From Candidatus Vampirococcus lugosii (GTDB lineage: Bacteria > Patescibacteriota > Gracilibacteria > Absconditabacterales > Absconditicoccaceae), in assembly GCF_018420025.1 (NCBI RefSeq), contig NZ_JAEDAM010000097.1, positions 1 through 24,490 of the forward strand: a stretch of 24,490 nt of DNA, given 5' to 3'. How positions within the stretch are numbered: the stretch's first letter is position 1; the number at the start of each line of letters is the position of its first letter. The notes under the pieces are model-generated. The model saw only the letters and a program-made list of their open reading frames with translations, was not told the origin of the DNA and ran no database searches. A program made the position numbers and the translations under genes. Below are positions 1 through 9,629 of the stretch, piece by piece.

Positions 1-591
1 AAAAAAGCAGAAAATAATAAAAAAATACAACAATCTTTATTTGATAAACATGCATTATCAGAATTTGAAATACAAGATAAAAAATATATTTTATGTTTTA
101 ATCCTGCTAAACAATATGAAGATAAAGAAAATAGAATATTATTAGTAAAATCAACACAAGAAAGATTGGAAGAAGTTAAAAAATTTAAAAGAAATTATAC
201 AGTTAATGTGTTGCAAAATAAAATAAGCAAAAAAATAAGTAAAAATAAATGTAAAAAATATTTTAATTACAAAATTGTAGAAATTAAAATTAATAATAAT
301 ATTTATTGAAAATTAGAATATAAAGTAAATCAAGAACAAATAAATGAAGATGAAAAATATGATTGATTTTATATGATAGAAACTACAAGAAAAGATTATT
401 ATTATTTACTTCAAGATTTTAGATTAAAAGTTAAAGATTTATTACAAGAATATACATTAGATACATTATTAACTGAATCAAAAAATATAAGTAAAGTTTA
501 CTTTAGAATAGATAATATACATATAAATAAAGTAGAACAAATAAATGAGCTTCAAGAAAAAATATTTAAATTATTTAAAATAAAATTATAA
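1..591 (+). CDS. IS1634/IS4-like DDE transposase, C-terminal portion (5' end lies left of the window); possibly degenerate
   Basis: Frame 1 is open from base 1 to TAA 589..591 if TGA 307..309 and 364..366 are sense codons. The translation ...KKYILCFNPAKQYEDKENRILL...NEDEKYDGFYMIETT... follows the C-terminal pattern I recall for IS1634-type transposases (xCYNPxxAxxDxxxR ... DGKxxLxTN). The last ~24 codons plus about 90 nt downstream are repeated at 24207..24371. Confidence 0.55.
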
Positions 592-682
592 ATTTGTGTA
601 GTACATAAATCTATTTTTATTTTCTCGCAAATCCTTGTCTAAATCAAGGATTTAGAAATTTTGTTCTACAAAGATGAGTTTA
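519..682 (+). repeat. IS right-end repeat, copy A (transposase 3' end plus terminal region with hairpin 629..653)
   Basis: Manual alignment to 24207..24371 shows only 3 substitutions and 1 single-base indel over 164/165 nt. Contains a 9-bp stem AAATCCTTG/CAAGGATTT (629..637 / 645..653), enclosed by an imperfect outer pairing of 593..604 with 663..672. Confidence 0.85.
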
Positions 683-740
683 TAAAAACTAAGATTAATA
701 ATCACTATTCACAACACCTTTAATTAAAGTTCCGCAGTAG

Positions 741-1148
741 TTAAGTTGCTTTGCGACGACCGTATCAAGTCTTACGCTTCAAACCAGAAAACCGCAATCC
801 GGACCATATAATGTTATGCTTACTTCATCAGCCTTCACCTCATCAGCCTTCACCATTGCCTCAAATGTCCAAATGTATCTCATATGTCTTAATTCTATAT
901 GTCTTAACTTTACGACCTACTTTATCCAAACTATCTCATGATAAACTTATTTCATCTTGTTTTTTTACAATTTCACTATTATATCATGATACAACAAATG
1001 AATTTCAATCACTGTCTACCAATTGTGCATCTCTTGCTTTATCTACCCACTGTACAAGTATTAATCCTCCTACTACCGCCAAGATTGATATTATAACTAT
1101 AATTACTATCAACTCTACTAATGTAAATCATTTATTGTTTTTTATCAT
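741..1148 (-). CDS. Type IV pilin / pseudopilin-like protein with prepilin N-terminal cleavage-methylation motif
   Basis: ATG at complement 1146..1148, TAA at complement 741..743, 408 nt in frame. N-terminus is MIKNNK-G-FTLVELIVIIVIISILAVVGGLILVQWVDKARDAQ, the canonical G|FTLxE motif plus hydrophobic helix. The cleavage-site Gly is a TGA codon (complement 1128..1130). The 3' ~130 nt are compositionally atypical (see findings). Confidence 0.8.
825..854. repeat. Perfect 15-bp tandem duplication (TCATCAGCCTTCACC x2) inside the pilin gene
   Basis: 825..839 is identical to 840..854. On the coding (minus) strand it reads ggt gaa ggc tga tga twice, i.e. GEGGG GEGGG under table 25. Confidence 0.9.
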
Positions 1149-1470
1149 CTCTAATTATATATGAAATTATAAATATATTGATTTTTTCTTAAATCATTAA
1201 AAAAACACAATAAAAAAAATCTATCATACTTTTTTATTAACTCAAAAATTATTTATATATAAACCATCTAACTCACAAGTAAACTTGCTCATTTTTTCAT
1301 TAATTTTCAAAATTAAATATTAATTAATTTTTAATAATTAAATGATATTATTTTTTTTATATTTTTCAAGTTATCTTTTTGTTTTTTTATATTTTTTTAA
1401 TCTCTTATTGTCATAATTGAAAATTAATTTACTATATGTTTTAAAACATAAAATAATTACAAACAAAATA

Positions 1471-2388
1471 CTACCCCACTATATTTATATGTGGATTAAT
1501 AATTTTTATTTTTTCAGATTCTATATCTTTAAATTCTAAACTATAACAAGAAAGTTGTAAACTTAAATTATTATCATAATTTCAAAAATTATATAAGTAA
1601 TCTCATATTATTTCAGCTCAATTTTTCCATAAATGATATCTAATTTGATGTGTACGACCAGTTAATATTTCCAAATGTAAATATTTTTTATTTCAAATTT
1701 CAAAAAATCATAAAACTTTTGTTATTCATTTTTTTATTTTAGGATTTGGAGTTTTTGGAATTACATCTTGTTCAATATAAAATGGAATTTTTTTTGATAA
1801 AAAAAATTTTTCTCAAAAATTTGTAAATTTAATTTGTGCTATATATTCTTTTTTTAAAGATATAGATTCTTTTCATTTTATAGTTTCTTCTAATGTTTTA
1901 TTTTGAAATAAATTTTTGAAATAAGAAAGTCATTTTTCAGTTTTAGCTATCAACATAGGACCATCAGTTTCTTTATCTAACCTATGAATTAATCCTGATC
2001 TAATAAAATTTCCCAAACTTGGCAAAAATTTATACTTATTTAATAAAAATCAAACAACACTTGGACTTGACAAATCCCATATACTACTAGGATGAGATAA
2101 AACTCATTTTGGTTTATAAAGAACTATATAATCTTTTTTTTCAATAAAAATGTCTAAATCAATAAATGCTAAATCCTCTCTTATATCTCAATCTATAAAC
2201 CTTGTCATATTATCAACAATTATTTCATCTCAAGATTTTAATTTATATGATTTTTTTACAATTTTATCATCAACTTTTACAGCTCATCTACAAATCAAAT
2301 GATGAAAAAAATTTCTTGAATATCAAAAATTTATACTCAAAAATTTATCTATTCTCTGAGGAACTCAATCAAAAATTATTTTTTCCAT
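1471..2388 (-). CDS. rluD: RluA-family 23S rRNA pseudouridine synthase with N-terminal S4-like domain (RluD-like)
   Basis: ATG at complement 2386..2388, TAG at complement 1471..1473, 918 nt in frame with TGA=Gly. Motifs: KPKGVLSHP, HRLDKETDGPMLIAKT (the HRLDxxTSG catalytic Asp motif) and LTGRTHQIRYHL. Confidence 0.88.
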
Positions 2389-2461
2389 AAAAACTATTTG
2401 TTATATAAAAAATAGTTTATAATCTATTATATTAGATCAAAATCAATTTAAATTATTATAT

Positions 2462-4705
2462 TTATTTTTCTCTAACTCTTAAAGTTATATTTCAAACAAC
2501 TCTAGGATTATTTTTATAATTAAGAATTACTCTTATATTATAATTTCAAGCTTCATTATATGTTGTTGATATACTTGTATAAGTTCTTCATTCTCAAGAC
2601 ATAGTTTTTCAATTTCAAAAATTCCATGCAACAGATTCTAATTGTCAATCAGTATTAACCATAAATTTAACAACATCTCATACATTAGCAGACTGTGTTG
2701 GATGAGTTACAATATCTATCGTTGCTTGTTTAACTTGTCTTTTTACAAAAACATCTCAACATTTAGTTTTTTCTATTCATTTTCTTGTTATCACAGTTAC
2801 ACATGGTTTATAATGTCAATTATCAGCAGAAACATCAAAATTATATGTATGATTAATTTGTCATAAACTAGAATTTTTAATTTTTTCTCAATCACCTAAA
2901 TCCCAAGTATAATATACTATATTATCTCAATCTACAGTAACTCTACTTGCCGATGCATCAATATTTACCTGCAATGGTTCCTCTCATTCATCAGGAGAAA
3001 TTAATAAAATAGGTACAAGATCAGATTCTTCAACAATTACAGGAATAGTTTCAGTTACTTCATTTCACATAGGATCTACTATACTAATAGTAACATTTCA
3101 TTCTGTATTTTCTGTAAAATCGTATTCAAATTTATTATCTTCAAATTCATAAAAACTATCTCAATCAAATTTAATATCTGTTGAATATTCTCAATCTATT
3201 TTAGGATTTGTTCAATTTATTACAATATTCATTTTGGTAGGTAATACATCTATATTTAAAGTTTCATCATCTTCCTCATCTTCCTCTCCAAAATTATATT
3301 CAATAAATTTATCATTTGATCATTTTTTTAATAAAATTGAATAATCTATTTCATAACTTTTTAATCAAGATTTAAACTTATCAGTTTGACAATTTCATAT
3401 ATCTCAATTTCCACTTTCATAAGTCGCATATGCTATATAATTAACTCATTCTTGCAAATCTATAACAAATCTTCAATCTCTAGATTTTTCATTAACATAA
3501 GTTCTTTCAGTATCAATATTTTTTAATTCAATATTAAAATTTCTTGGAGAAACGGATGAAGGAGCACTAACATTAAATTGATAATTATTTCACGAAGATT
3601 CACGAAAACTAATATTACAATTTGGAACTTTTGGATCTTGAGTTCTTAAATCAAAATAAAATCTTTTTTCCGTAATATCAGGCAACTCTATATAAACTTT
3701 ATTAAGTTTAGATTCTCTATAAGTATAAACAACATTTCAAACATCACTAAAATCCGAAGAACCATTTCAATTCAAATCCCACGAGATATTCTGCTCTGAC
3801 AATCATAAATCTGTAAATAAAGAACTAGCATCAAACTGAACAGTTGCTGGTACAGTTCAAACTACAATTTCATTATTCGCATCATTCATAGAATATTCTG
3901 ATAATTTTATCTCAGTATCAAAATTAAGATCTATAATCTTTTGTGATATAGATCAAGCATTTCAAGCCCTATTATAAAATACTTCTATAAAAACAGAATA
4001 ATCTTTTTTGGTAGTATATAAACAATTTCATTGTATAAATCAATTATTGGAAAATATATCTCAAGATTTAATTAAATTTGATTGATTATTTCAACAACTC
4101 AACTCAACTGAAGTTATATTATTTATATTACCTATATCTGTAGGTAAATTATTTACAAAGACTGATTCATTTAATTGAAAAGCAAAATAAGATGGAGCAA
4201 TCAGTGGTAAATCATTTTGGAAAAGAACTGGTTCATCATTTTCCATAAGCAAATATGTATTTACTAAATTATTAGTAACAACTTCTCTTTCTCATGAAAT
4301 ATTATTTATACTAATTATACTAAATGTCCCAAAACCTAAAGTAGCAAGCAATAATATTCATCAAAATATCGATCAAATCAAATACTTAAATTTAGATTTA
4401 TTTGCAGTAAAAAATTTATATAAATTTAATGATAACAAGAAAAAAGCAAAGAAAAATAGTATACCAAAAAACATTATAGAAAAAATCAACAAAAGCTCTC
4501 TAATAGTTTCTGATTCTATACCAAATGCTGAAAGACTGTCAGGATTATTTAATATCCAATATAATGACAAAAAAGTTATCAATAAAAAAAACAAAAAAAT
4601 TCATAAACATCATATTACAAATCATTTTATAGATATCGTTTTTCATCTTTTAACTTTATTTTTAGTTCTATTAGTATTATTACTTATTTTTTCATTATTT
4701 CCCAT
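2462..4705 (-). CDS. Large membrane-anchored surface protein with PKD-like repeats
   Basis: ATG at complement 4703..4705, TAA at complement 2462..2464, 2244 nt in frame with many TGA=Gly. N-terminal hydrophobic helices (..FLFFLLITFLSLYWIL.., ..LLIFSIMFFGILFFFAFFLLSL.., ..ILLLATLGFGTF..). PKD-type signatures: PLQVNIDASASRVTVDGDNIVYYTWDLGDGEKIKNSSLGQINHTYNF...YKPCVTVITRKG and PATVQFDASS...ISWDLNGNGSSDF...VVYTY. The supplied ORF 4373..4594(-) is an in-frame fragment of this gene. Confidence 0.75.
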
Positions 4706-4963
4706 ACAATTTTAAATTTTTAATTTATATAAAAAACATAATCATATATAATATATTAAATTTTTAAAAAAATTCAAGTAATTTTAAATTAATTTGTAAA
4801 ACTTAAAATATATATCACATATTATAAATAATCTCCAAAATATAAAGTTTCATATTATAATAACAATTTAACATTATTTAGAAAAAACAAATTAAATATT
4901 GTTTTTAAAATATTTTTAATTATATAAAATATATTATTTAATAAATAATTTTGATAAAAAATA

Positions 4964-5161
4964 ATGAAAAAAATTGATTTTATTATTTTTGTATGACTAA
5001 TAATATGATTTATATTGATAAATATTTATCAAATAGATCTTTCTGATAAAAATTTTTTTCTAAGTAGTATTATTGCAAATGAAATTTGGCAATTTATTAT
5101 ATTTTGAATTGCTATATTTTTGATGGGTAAGAAATTAATAGATTTAGAATATCAAAATTAA
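4964..5161 (+). CDS. Small hypothetical membrane protein (65 aa, two predicted TM helices)
   Basis: ATG 4964..4966 to TAA 5159..5161 with three in-frame TGA=Gly. Translation: MKKIDFIIFVGLIIGFILINIYQ...IWQFIIFGIAIFLMGKK. No recognisable family. Confidence 0.45.
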
Positions 5162-5295
5162 AAATTATATTTTAAGTATTAAATTATATTTAATATATAA
5201 ATAATAAATTTACTTGATTTTGAAATATAAATAAATATAAAAAAATAACTAAATTAATTAGTTGAAAATTTTTTATTTTATTTTATTTCATTTTT

Positions 5296-6216
5296 ATGAA
5301 AATAGCTTTTGTTGGTAAATGATGAAGTGGAAAAAGTACTATATCAAGTTTATTTACAAAATATCTTTTGGACCAAAATCTAGCAGTATTATGATTTGAT
5401 GCCGATATAAATGTCAATTATTTACAAAATATAAAAATTAATGCAAAAGAATATTTAGCTATATCAAAATCTAATAATTCTGAAAAAATAAAAAGTTTTT
5501 TGATTGGAAATAATAAAAAAATTGAATCAATAAATCATTTTATCAAAACCACTCCTCCTTGACAATGATCTAAATATTTGGAATATGACAAAAATAATTT
5601 TATTATACAAAATTTTTGACAAAAATTATGATCATGATATTTCTTTTATGTAGGAAAATATGAAAGTAATTGAATTTGAACTAGTTGTTATCATAATAAT
5701 TTATCTATATTTGAAAATATACTTTCTCATACCAAACTTAAAGAAAATGAATATTTAGTATCTGATATGTCTGCTGGTACTGATGCTTTTTCAAATACTT
5801 TACATGCACAATTTAATAAAATAATTCTTATAGTAAATCCAAGTCAAGAATCTATAAAAGTTGCAAAAGATTTTTTACAATTATGAAAAGATGCAAAAAC
5901 GGAAAAAAATATTTATTTAGCAATAAATAATTATGAAGATCAATATGAAATTGATTTCATAGAAAAAAATTTATGAAAAAAAGTTGATATATATTTTGAA
6001 AAAAATAAAATAATAAAACAAAAATCTTTATTTTGACAAGAGATTAGTTTACAAGACACAAATTATACTAAAAGTTTTGATAAATTATTAAAAATAAATA
6101 ATTGATATGATGATAAATGTATAATAGAAAATTTAAAATTATTACATAAAAAATATTCACAATTGTGATACATAATAAGAAGAATTTGAGATGTTTCTTT
6201 ACAAGCAAAAGATTAA
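5296..6216 (+). CDS. SIMIBI-class P-loop NTPase, CooC/MinD/ParA-like
   Basis: ATG 5296..5298 to TAA 6214..6216, 921 nt. Deviant Walker A MKIAFVGK-GG-SGKST, where the GG are two consecutive TGA codons (5320..5325). CooC-like central motif GIGTSCYHNN. Walker B-like region YLVSDMSAGTDAFSNT...IILIVNPSQESIKVAKDF. Confidence 0.75.
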
Positions 6217-6222
6217 TAAAAT

Positions 6223-7629
6223 ATGAAAAATGTTTTTAAGTGACCTGATTCAATAAAAAATTATTTAAATCCAAACAATCATATAACTCCCCTTCTACAA
6301 CTACCTGCAAATTTAAATAAATATGAGAATGAATGAATTCATATATATGCAAAATTATTACAAAATCTACCTTTGTATAATGTAAAATCAATTCCTGCCT
6401 ACAATATGATATCTGAAAAAAATGAAAATAACAAAACAATAGTAGAAAGTTCATCATGAAATACTGCATATTCTTTATGTATACTTTGAAAAGTATTTTG
6501 ATATAATTCTATGATAAGTTATGCATCTGAAGAAGTTTGAGAATGAAAATTAGATATACTTAGATTTTTTGGCTCACAAGTTGTAATAAATCAAGAACCA
6601 ATTTGTCCAAATCCAAATGATGAAAATAGTTCAATAAATATAGCAAAAAATTTATGAAAATCAAAAAAGTATATAAATTTTGGGCAATATGAAAATCAAA
6701 AAAATCCTGAATGACATTATAATTATACTTGACCACAAATATATGAACAAATGGAATGAAATATTGATTTTTATTGCTCTTCATTATGAACAACTTGAAC
6801 TTTTATAGGTACAAGTAAATATTTGAAAGAAAAGAATCCAGAAATAAAATCAATATGAGTAGTTAGGAAACCAAATAATCCAATACCTGGACCTAGAACA
6901 GAAAACTTACTTAATCAAATAGCATTTGATCGAAAATCACAATTAGACTACTTACAAAGTGTATGAACCAAAAGAGCATATATACAAAGTCTTAATTTAT
7001 CAAGAAATTGAATAATTGCTTGACCAAGTTCTGGAATGATTTTGGAATGAGTTTTTCAATTTATAAAAGAAAATTATGAAAAAATACAAGAATTAAAAAC
7101 AAAAAAATGAGAAATAAATATAGTTTTTATATGTTGTGATTTACCTTTTTTGTATATTAAAGATTATTTTAAATATTTGGATCAAGAACTTTTTCCAGAA
7201 ATTAAAAATAAACATTTGATAAAATCTATAAATACTAATAATTTTGATATTAATATAGAAATTGAAGTTGATACATTTTTTAAAAAATTTTTTTATGAAG
7301 AAAAAAATAAAATTTGGGAAGCAATAAAAAATGATAAAGAAATATCTACCAGACAAAATATATTGCTAATAGATATAAGAGAAAAAAAATATTATCAACA
7401 TTTTTATATACCAAATAGCAAAAATATTCAAATAAATGATTTGGAAAAATATATAGAAAGTGATAAAAATAAAGAAATATATTTAATATGTGAATATGGC
7501 TGACATTCAAACGAAATTGCTATTAAATTAAAAAATAGATGATATAATTGTTTTAGTATCAAATGATGAACTATTGAATGGTCAAAATTAAATTTACCTA
7601 GAATTAAAAATGAAATATGTAATTTTTAA
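6223..7629 (+). CDS. Cysteine-synthase-like PLP-dependent (fold type II) enzyme fused to a C-terminal rhodanese domain
   Basis: ATG 6223..6225 (6 nt after the upstream stop) to TAA 7627..7629, 1407 nt. CysK/CysM-type motifs: ..LYNVKSIPAYNMI.. (candidate PLP lysine), VESSSGNTAYSL, AGPSSGMILEG. C-terminal rhodanese: LLIDIREKKYYQHFYIPNSKNI and active-site loop CEYGGHS (7489..7509). The supplied ORF 7150..7503(+) is an in-frame fragment. Confidence 0.8.
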
Positions 7630-7727
7630 TTTATTAAAATAATTAAATATTTCCATAAAACAAAAAAACTATAATTTATTTTTAATAAAAATAGAATTTT
7701 TTTTATCTAAAACAACAAAATTAATTT

Positions 7728-7985
7728 TTAATAAATAATTGAGGACAAAATCAGAATAATAATACCAATTATAACTGGAATTAACAGTAAAAGAAAATAT
7801 TTAAATTTTTCTTCCAACTTTATATTAAATTTTTTCAAAAGTGGATCTAAATGTTTATCTATAGTTGCTTTTACTTTTTTTCTATTTGGATATTCATAAT
7901 CTATAAATTCCAAAATCGCAATTATAAAAATAACTAAAGAGAAAAGAGCATTTAAATTAGTTAAAATAAGATATAAAGTAGCCAT
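7728..7985 (-). CDS. Small hypothetical membrane protein (85 aa)
   Basis: Intact standard-code ORF with no TGA. Hydrophobic N- and C-terminal helices flank a charged loop (YEYPNRKKVKATIDKHLDPLLKK). No family recognised. Confidence 0.5.
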   Translation of the reverse strand: MATLYLILTNLNALFSLVIFIIAILEFIDYEYPNRKKVKATIDKHLDPLLKKFNIKLEEKFKYFLLLLIPVIIGIIILILSSIIY

Positions 7986-8216
7986 TTGTAAATTTTTTAA
8001 TTATATAAAATATATATGTGTCTATATTTATAATGTTTTTAAATAAAAAATCAATAAAAAATGTACTAATCTTCTGTACCTAAATAGTGTAAACAACACT
8101 AGTCTATATTACAATTAAATTATTTTTAGTACAATAAAAAAATAGATGAAACATTACATTAAAATAATGTCAAGCTATATTTGTTTAATAAAATATTAAA
8201 AATTGTTTTATAAAAT

Positions 8217-8241
8217 ATTATCTATATCATATATAGATAAT
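8217..8241. promoter_or_regulatory. Perfect 11-bp inverted repeat ATTATCTATAT-cat-ATATAGATAAT, 30 nt upstream of the 3D-domain gene (candidate operator)
   Basis: Palindrome read directly from the sequence. Its position relative to the ATG at 8271 suits a promoter-proximal site. AT-only palindromes are common in this composition, so confidence is low. Confidence 0.25.
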
Positions 8242-8270
8242 TTATTTAACTAAAAATAATTTAAAATATT

Positions 8271-9479
8271 ATGAATATAAAATATATATTATTATTGTTT
8301 ATGTCATTTTTACCATATTCATCTTTTGCAAACATAGATACAAGTTTATGTACTCCTAAAACTTTTATAGTTTCAGGTTATTATTCATCCCTTCCTAATC
8401 AAACATTTTATTATAGAGAAAATTATGATAGAGAGATTAGACTTAATTGAAGATGAACACATTGAGCAAGTGGTCAAGCTGTATTTAATTGAATGATTGC
8501 TGCTCCTAAAAATTATAAATTTGGTACTAAAATTTATTTTCCTCAATATTGAGTTGGTGAAGTTCATGATAGATGACAGGCAATAGTAAATGCAGGTGTG
8601 AGATGATATTCAAATGATAGAATAGATATTTGGATGTGACATTGAGAAGATTGATTAAAGAGAGCTTTAAGTTTTGGTAAACAAAAAGTTACTTGATATA
8701 TTTGTCCAGATAATGTTGAAGTTTGATTTAATATGAATAATTTTTTGATTCACGAAAAATTTTTTGATGTATTAATTTGGAGTATATATTTGGAACCATG
8801 AAGAAAAGATCAATTTGTAAAAACTTTACAAAAATATTTATATAAACTTTGATATCTTAAAAAAGAACATCAAACTTGATATTATTGAGAAGTAACTAAA
8901 CAAGCAGTTTGTAGTTTTCAACAGAAAATGTGATTAACTTATCCTTGAAGTTGAGTTTGTTGATATTTTTGACCTAGAACAAGAAATACTATGAAAAATC
9001 TGGCTATAGCTAATAAATTATTTAATAATTCGTTTTATAAAAAATTAATTTCTATCAATGAATTGGAAAATATTAATTTATCAATTAAAACAAAAAAAGA
9101 AAACTTAAAAGAAGAAAAAAATATAAACACAAAAAAAGAAGAAATCTTACAAAAAATAAAAGATGAAATTTTAAAAGAAGAAAATAATATTACAAAAGAT
9201 AAAAAACAAGAAAAAGAAGAAAAATTATTTGTATTTACTAGATGAATTTGACCTTGAGAAAGATCAGCCGAAGTAGGCCATTTACAAGAAGCATTAAAAA
9301 CTGTCGGTTATTATGAATGAAAAATATCATATGAATATGATGATAATACATTGGAAGCAGTTTATAATTTTCAATTAGATCAATGAATTATAAATCATAA
9401 AACAGATTCTATGGTAAAATGATATTTTGGACCTTCTACTAGAGCATCTTTGAATTGAATTTTAATTCAGCAATTATAG
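8271..9479 (+). CDS. Secreted cell-wall protein: 3D (MltA/RlpA-like) domain plus two peptidoglycan-binding (PG_binding_1-like) repeats
   Basis: ATG 8271..8273 to TAG 9477..9479, 1209 nt. Signal peptide MNIKYILLLFMSFLPYSSFA. 3D-domain pattern GMIAAPKNYKFGTKIYFPQYGVGEVHDRGQAIV...RIDIWMG. PG-binding repeats LQKYLYKLGYL...GYYGEVTKQAVCSFQQKMGL and LQEALKTVGYYEGKISYEYDDNTLEAVYNFQLDQG. A Lys/Glu-rich linker separates them. Confidence 0.8.
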
Positions 9480-9629
9480 TTCTTCTAATAAATATTTGTT
9501 CTTATTCTTGATCTTCTTATATATATGTTGTATATTGAAAAAAATTAAATGTCTGTATGTAAATTTCTTTTGATTTTTTTATTAAATTAATTATATATTA
9601 ATATAATTTATATTTTATAAATATATACT

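Noticed and set aside
629-653. The hairpin repeat (copies at 629..653, 11570..11594, 24318..24342) as a CRISPR repeat or mini-array.
   Set aside because: There are only three copies, kilobases apart, with no regular spacing and no cas genes. Two of the copies are embedded in an IS end.
519-682. The conserved overlap of the transposase 3' end with a structured downstream region as a TnpB/IscB-style omega RNA or guide RNA.
   Set aside because: The visible protein C-terminus has no RuvC or zinc-finger (CxxC) motifs of TnpB/IscB and instead resembles IS1634/IS4 DDE transposases. The N-terminus is outside the window, so this cannot be fully excluded.
725-870. The GC-rich stretch as a tRNA, SRP RNA or RNase P fragment.
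   Set aside because: I tried cloverleaf folding on both strands and found no acceptable acceptor, anticodon or T arms. Resemblances to SRP (GGTCCGGA) and RNase P motifs are only a few bases long. It is kept as a compositional anomaly, not called as an RNA gene.
751-1164. Supplied plus-strand ORF (137 aa, Pro/Ser/Leu-rich, HQPSPHQPSP repeat).
   Set aside because: It is antisense to the pilin-like gene, whose N-terminal G|FTLVEL motif is unambiguous. The repeat is simply the reverse complement of the 15-bp tandem duplication.
2462-4705. The PKD-repeat protein or the duplicated-domain lipoprotein (21431..22441) as targets of a diversity-generating retroelement, given that DGRs are common in CPR genomes.
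   Set aside because: The window has no reverse transcriptase gene, no template/variable repeat pair with adenine-specific differences, and no C-type-lectin-like C-terminus that I can recognise.
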